From positions 992,001 through 1,056,000 of the forward strand of contig CAVXKA010000002.1 in the NCBI GenBank assembly GCA_963762255.1: a stretch of DNA of 64,000 nt, written 5' to 3'. Shown here piece after piece: positions 62,049 to 64,000 of the stretch; within the stretch, counting starts at the first letter, position 1; the number at the start of each line of letters is the position of its first letter. Under the pieces are notes generated by a model that saw only the letters and a program-made list of their open reading frames with translations, had not been told where the DNA came from and made no database searches. Origin of the DNA: Candidatus Eiseniibacteriota bacterium (GTDB lineage Bacteria > Eisenbacteria > RBG-16-71-46 > JABDJR01). Position numbers and translations under genes: made by a program.

Positions 62049-62108
62049 GCACGCAGTTGTTCCGGTGATGCAACGTGGTAGACTCCGATCGGGCTGACCG
62101 GAGGCCGC

Positions 62109-63765
62109 ATGCGCCGTTCCGTCAGGATACTTCTTCGATCGCCGCTGATTGCTGTTTTCGCCCTATCTCTGCACGCCCCACCCGCTCGCGCGCTCTGTTC
62201 GGGAGTTGTCAGCCGGGACGGCCGCCGAGGCAGCGTCGTCCGCTACGACGAGATCTTCCTGGGACACGTCGTCTCCCAACTCAACCCGGAGTCGTATCAA
62301 TACGACAACCGTGGGGAGTACAGGCTCTTAGTAGAGCGGCTGTGGAAAGGCATTGCGGGCGACACGATCACCGTCATTAGCAACACGAACGTTGCCGATT
62401 GCCCAGACCTGAAGCTCGGCGAGTGCTACCTGGTGCTCGCCCATCGGCGTGATGGCGAGGTATTCATAGACTGCTGCGGAACGCGCCTTCGCCGTTACTC
62501 CACGGATATGCTCCGGGCGCTAGACACGCTCCCCGTCACCGGGGATCCCACGAGCGTGGACTTGGCTCTCCTCGACCTCTATCTCACCCAGCTCCATGAC
62601 CCTTCAGAACAGGTGCGCGCGGAGGCCGCGGGCATTCTCGGAGGATTCGGGCAACACGCCGACTGGGTCGTTGGGCCTCTGCTGGAGGTCCTGCGAACCG
62701 ATTCCCGCCACGTGGCCGGTTCGACGGTGTGGGCGATCAGGCAACTTGGCCTTCCCGACAGCGTCGCGCTCCCGATCTTCCTGGAGGCCTTCGAGCAGCC
62801 GCGGACACGGTCTCTAGCCATTCAGGCCCTGTCGGGTTACAGGGACAGCGTCGAAATCGTCGTGCCGCTCTTTCGCCGGGCGGTCAAAGATCCCGATTTC
62901 AGGGTTCGTTGGGCGGCGCTTCAATCGCTCTCTGTCCGGGACTCTGTGGACGAAGTGCTTCACGAGGTCGTTCCCCTTCTGCAGGACCCTGAAGCGTCGG
63001 TACGTTGGCGAGCGGTGAGGTGGATTGCGTACTCCGACACGGACTCCTCGTCGGTCGAGTCCGTTCTGGTCGAAGCCACCCAGGATCCCAATCCCGACAT
63101 CCGCGCCGATGCACTCGAGATGCTCTTCAACATCGCCCCAGCCACGGCTCAGCCACTGATTGCGCGTGCCCTCGACGATCCCGCGCCCCAGGTGAAGAAC
63201 GCCATCCTGGAACTCCTGTCGGACGAGGAGGCGCCGGATCATCTTCGCAATCTTGCTATCGACCGTGGGCTTGCGGATGGCGACCCCGAGATCCGTTCCG
63301 CCGCCGCCGCGCTTCTCTTCAAGGGCCCGTCCATCGGAACGAACCGACGGGAAGCTCAGGTGGAACGCGCCTTCGCGGATTGGCACCCTGAAGTGTGGGA
63401 CGTTCCTGGCCAGTGGTCGCTGCGGCTGCGACCCCGAGGACCTCTACACTCCTGCGCTCCAGCACCGGTTGCTCACCCGGGTGATCATCGTTGCCGAGCG
63501 CGGAATGCCGGCAACCCGGGCGGCCGCCTTCAGAATCCTCAATCGTTGGGGGTTCGTCGAAGACCTCATCGCTCTCTACGACCGCGCACTCGTTTCGCCC
63601 TACGAAGAGGTCCGTATGGAGGCAATCCGCGGCCTCTCCCGCGCCGGAACCGCGGCCGCCCCCGCGCTCCCTCGCCTCCGCGCGCTGTCCGTCGGCAAGA
63701 CCCGGCAGGCGGAGGACGCCCGGCGCGCCATCGCGTCCATCGAGGCTGCTATGATCCGCCCATGA
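62109..63765 (+). pseudogene. Secreted TIMP/NTR-like N-domain plus HEAT-repeat protein, frameshifted at ~63397 (not in the ORF track)
   Basis: My translation from ATG 62109 (GGAGG RBS): signal peptide, IF.G.V, V...WKG, C...G..YL, then L.DP...VR..A repeats. The C-terminal repeats continue in the 63253-63765 frame. Confidence 0.72.
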
Positions 63766-64000
63766 ACATCGCCACCTGGAACGTGAACTCGGTGCGGGCC
63801 CGCCTGCCCCGCCTGATCGTATGGATCGAGACGCACCGCCCCGACCTCCTCTGCATCCAGGAGACCAAGGCCCCCGACACCTATTTCCCCCGCGCGGAAC
63901 TCGAATCGCTCGGCTATACCGTCGAGTTCTTCGGCCAGAAGACCTACAACGGTGTGGCGATCCTCGCGCGCGACGCGCTCGCCGACGTCGTGCGCGGACT
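63762..64000 (+). CDS. xth: Exodeoxyribonuclease III, truncated by the window end
   Basis: MNIATWNVNSVRARL, PDLLCIQETK, GQKTYNGVAIL. Confidence 0.93.
   Translation, partial: MNIATWNVNSVRARLPRLIVWIETHRPDLLCIQETKAPDTYFPRAELESLGYTVEFFGQKTYNGVAILARDALADVVRG

Noticed and set aside
62109-64000. HEAT-repeat/Xth fusion protein
   Set aside because: The linker frame (63400-63761) is Arg/Pro-rich nonsense. The alternative frame continues the HEAT repeats and ends in an ATGA overlap with xth, so a frameshift explains it.

Overview
GC-rich bacterial window with no rRNA, tRNA, CRISPR array or transposase that I can see. The many secreted proteins ending in FlgD-Ig-like tails or a short 'TTWG-x-VK' tail suggest an FCB-related candidate phylum such as Eisenbacteria (inference). 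Housekeeping genes: a stand-alone mitochondrial-EF-G1-like fusA with a RecA/KaiC-like ATPase, iscA-ygfZ/TPR-thiD, infA, topA and a partial xth. Energy metabolism: a group 3b-type NiFe hydrogenase operon with protease and two-component system, divergent from hypAB and a 2-oxoacid oxidoreductase whose gamma subunit is fused to a GltD-like flavoprotein and a ferredoxin domain. Transport: a metal-uptake operon behind a CxxC/RAPP leader peptide, a BMP-type nucleoside ABC transporter, kdpFABCDE, and modA plus a MOT1 transporter. There are also three paralogous Cys-rich modular secreted proteins, a palindromic ~100-bp repeat and a ParE-type toxin-antitoxin pair. Best leads: (1) two apparently alternative C-terminal sorting tails behind the same 'VP' linker; (2) infA apparently starting at ATC; (3) the RAPP arrest leader; (4) the PorG-GltD-PorD fusion facing an NAD(P)-linked hydrogenase. 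Three single-base frameshifts look like assembly errors.
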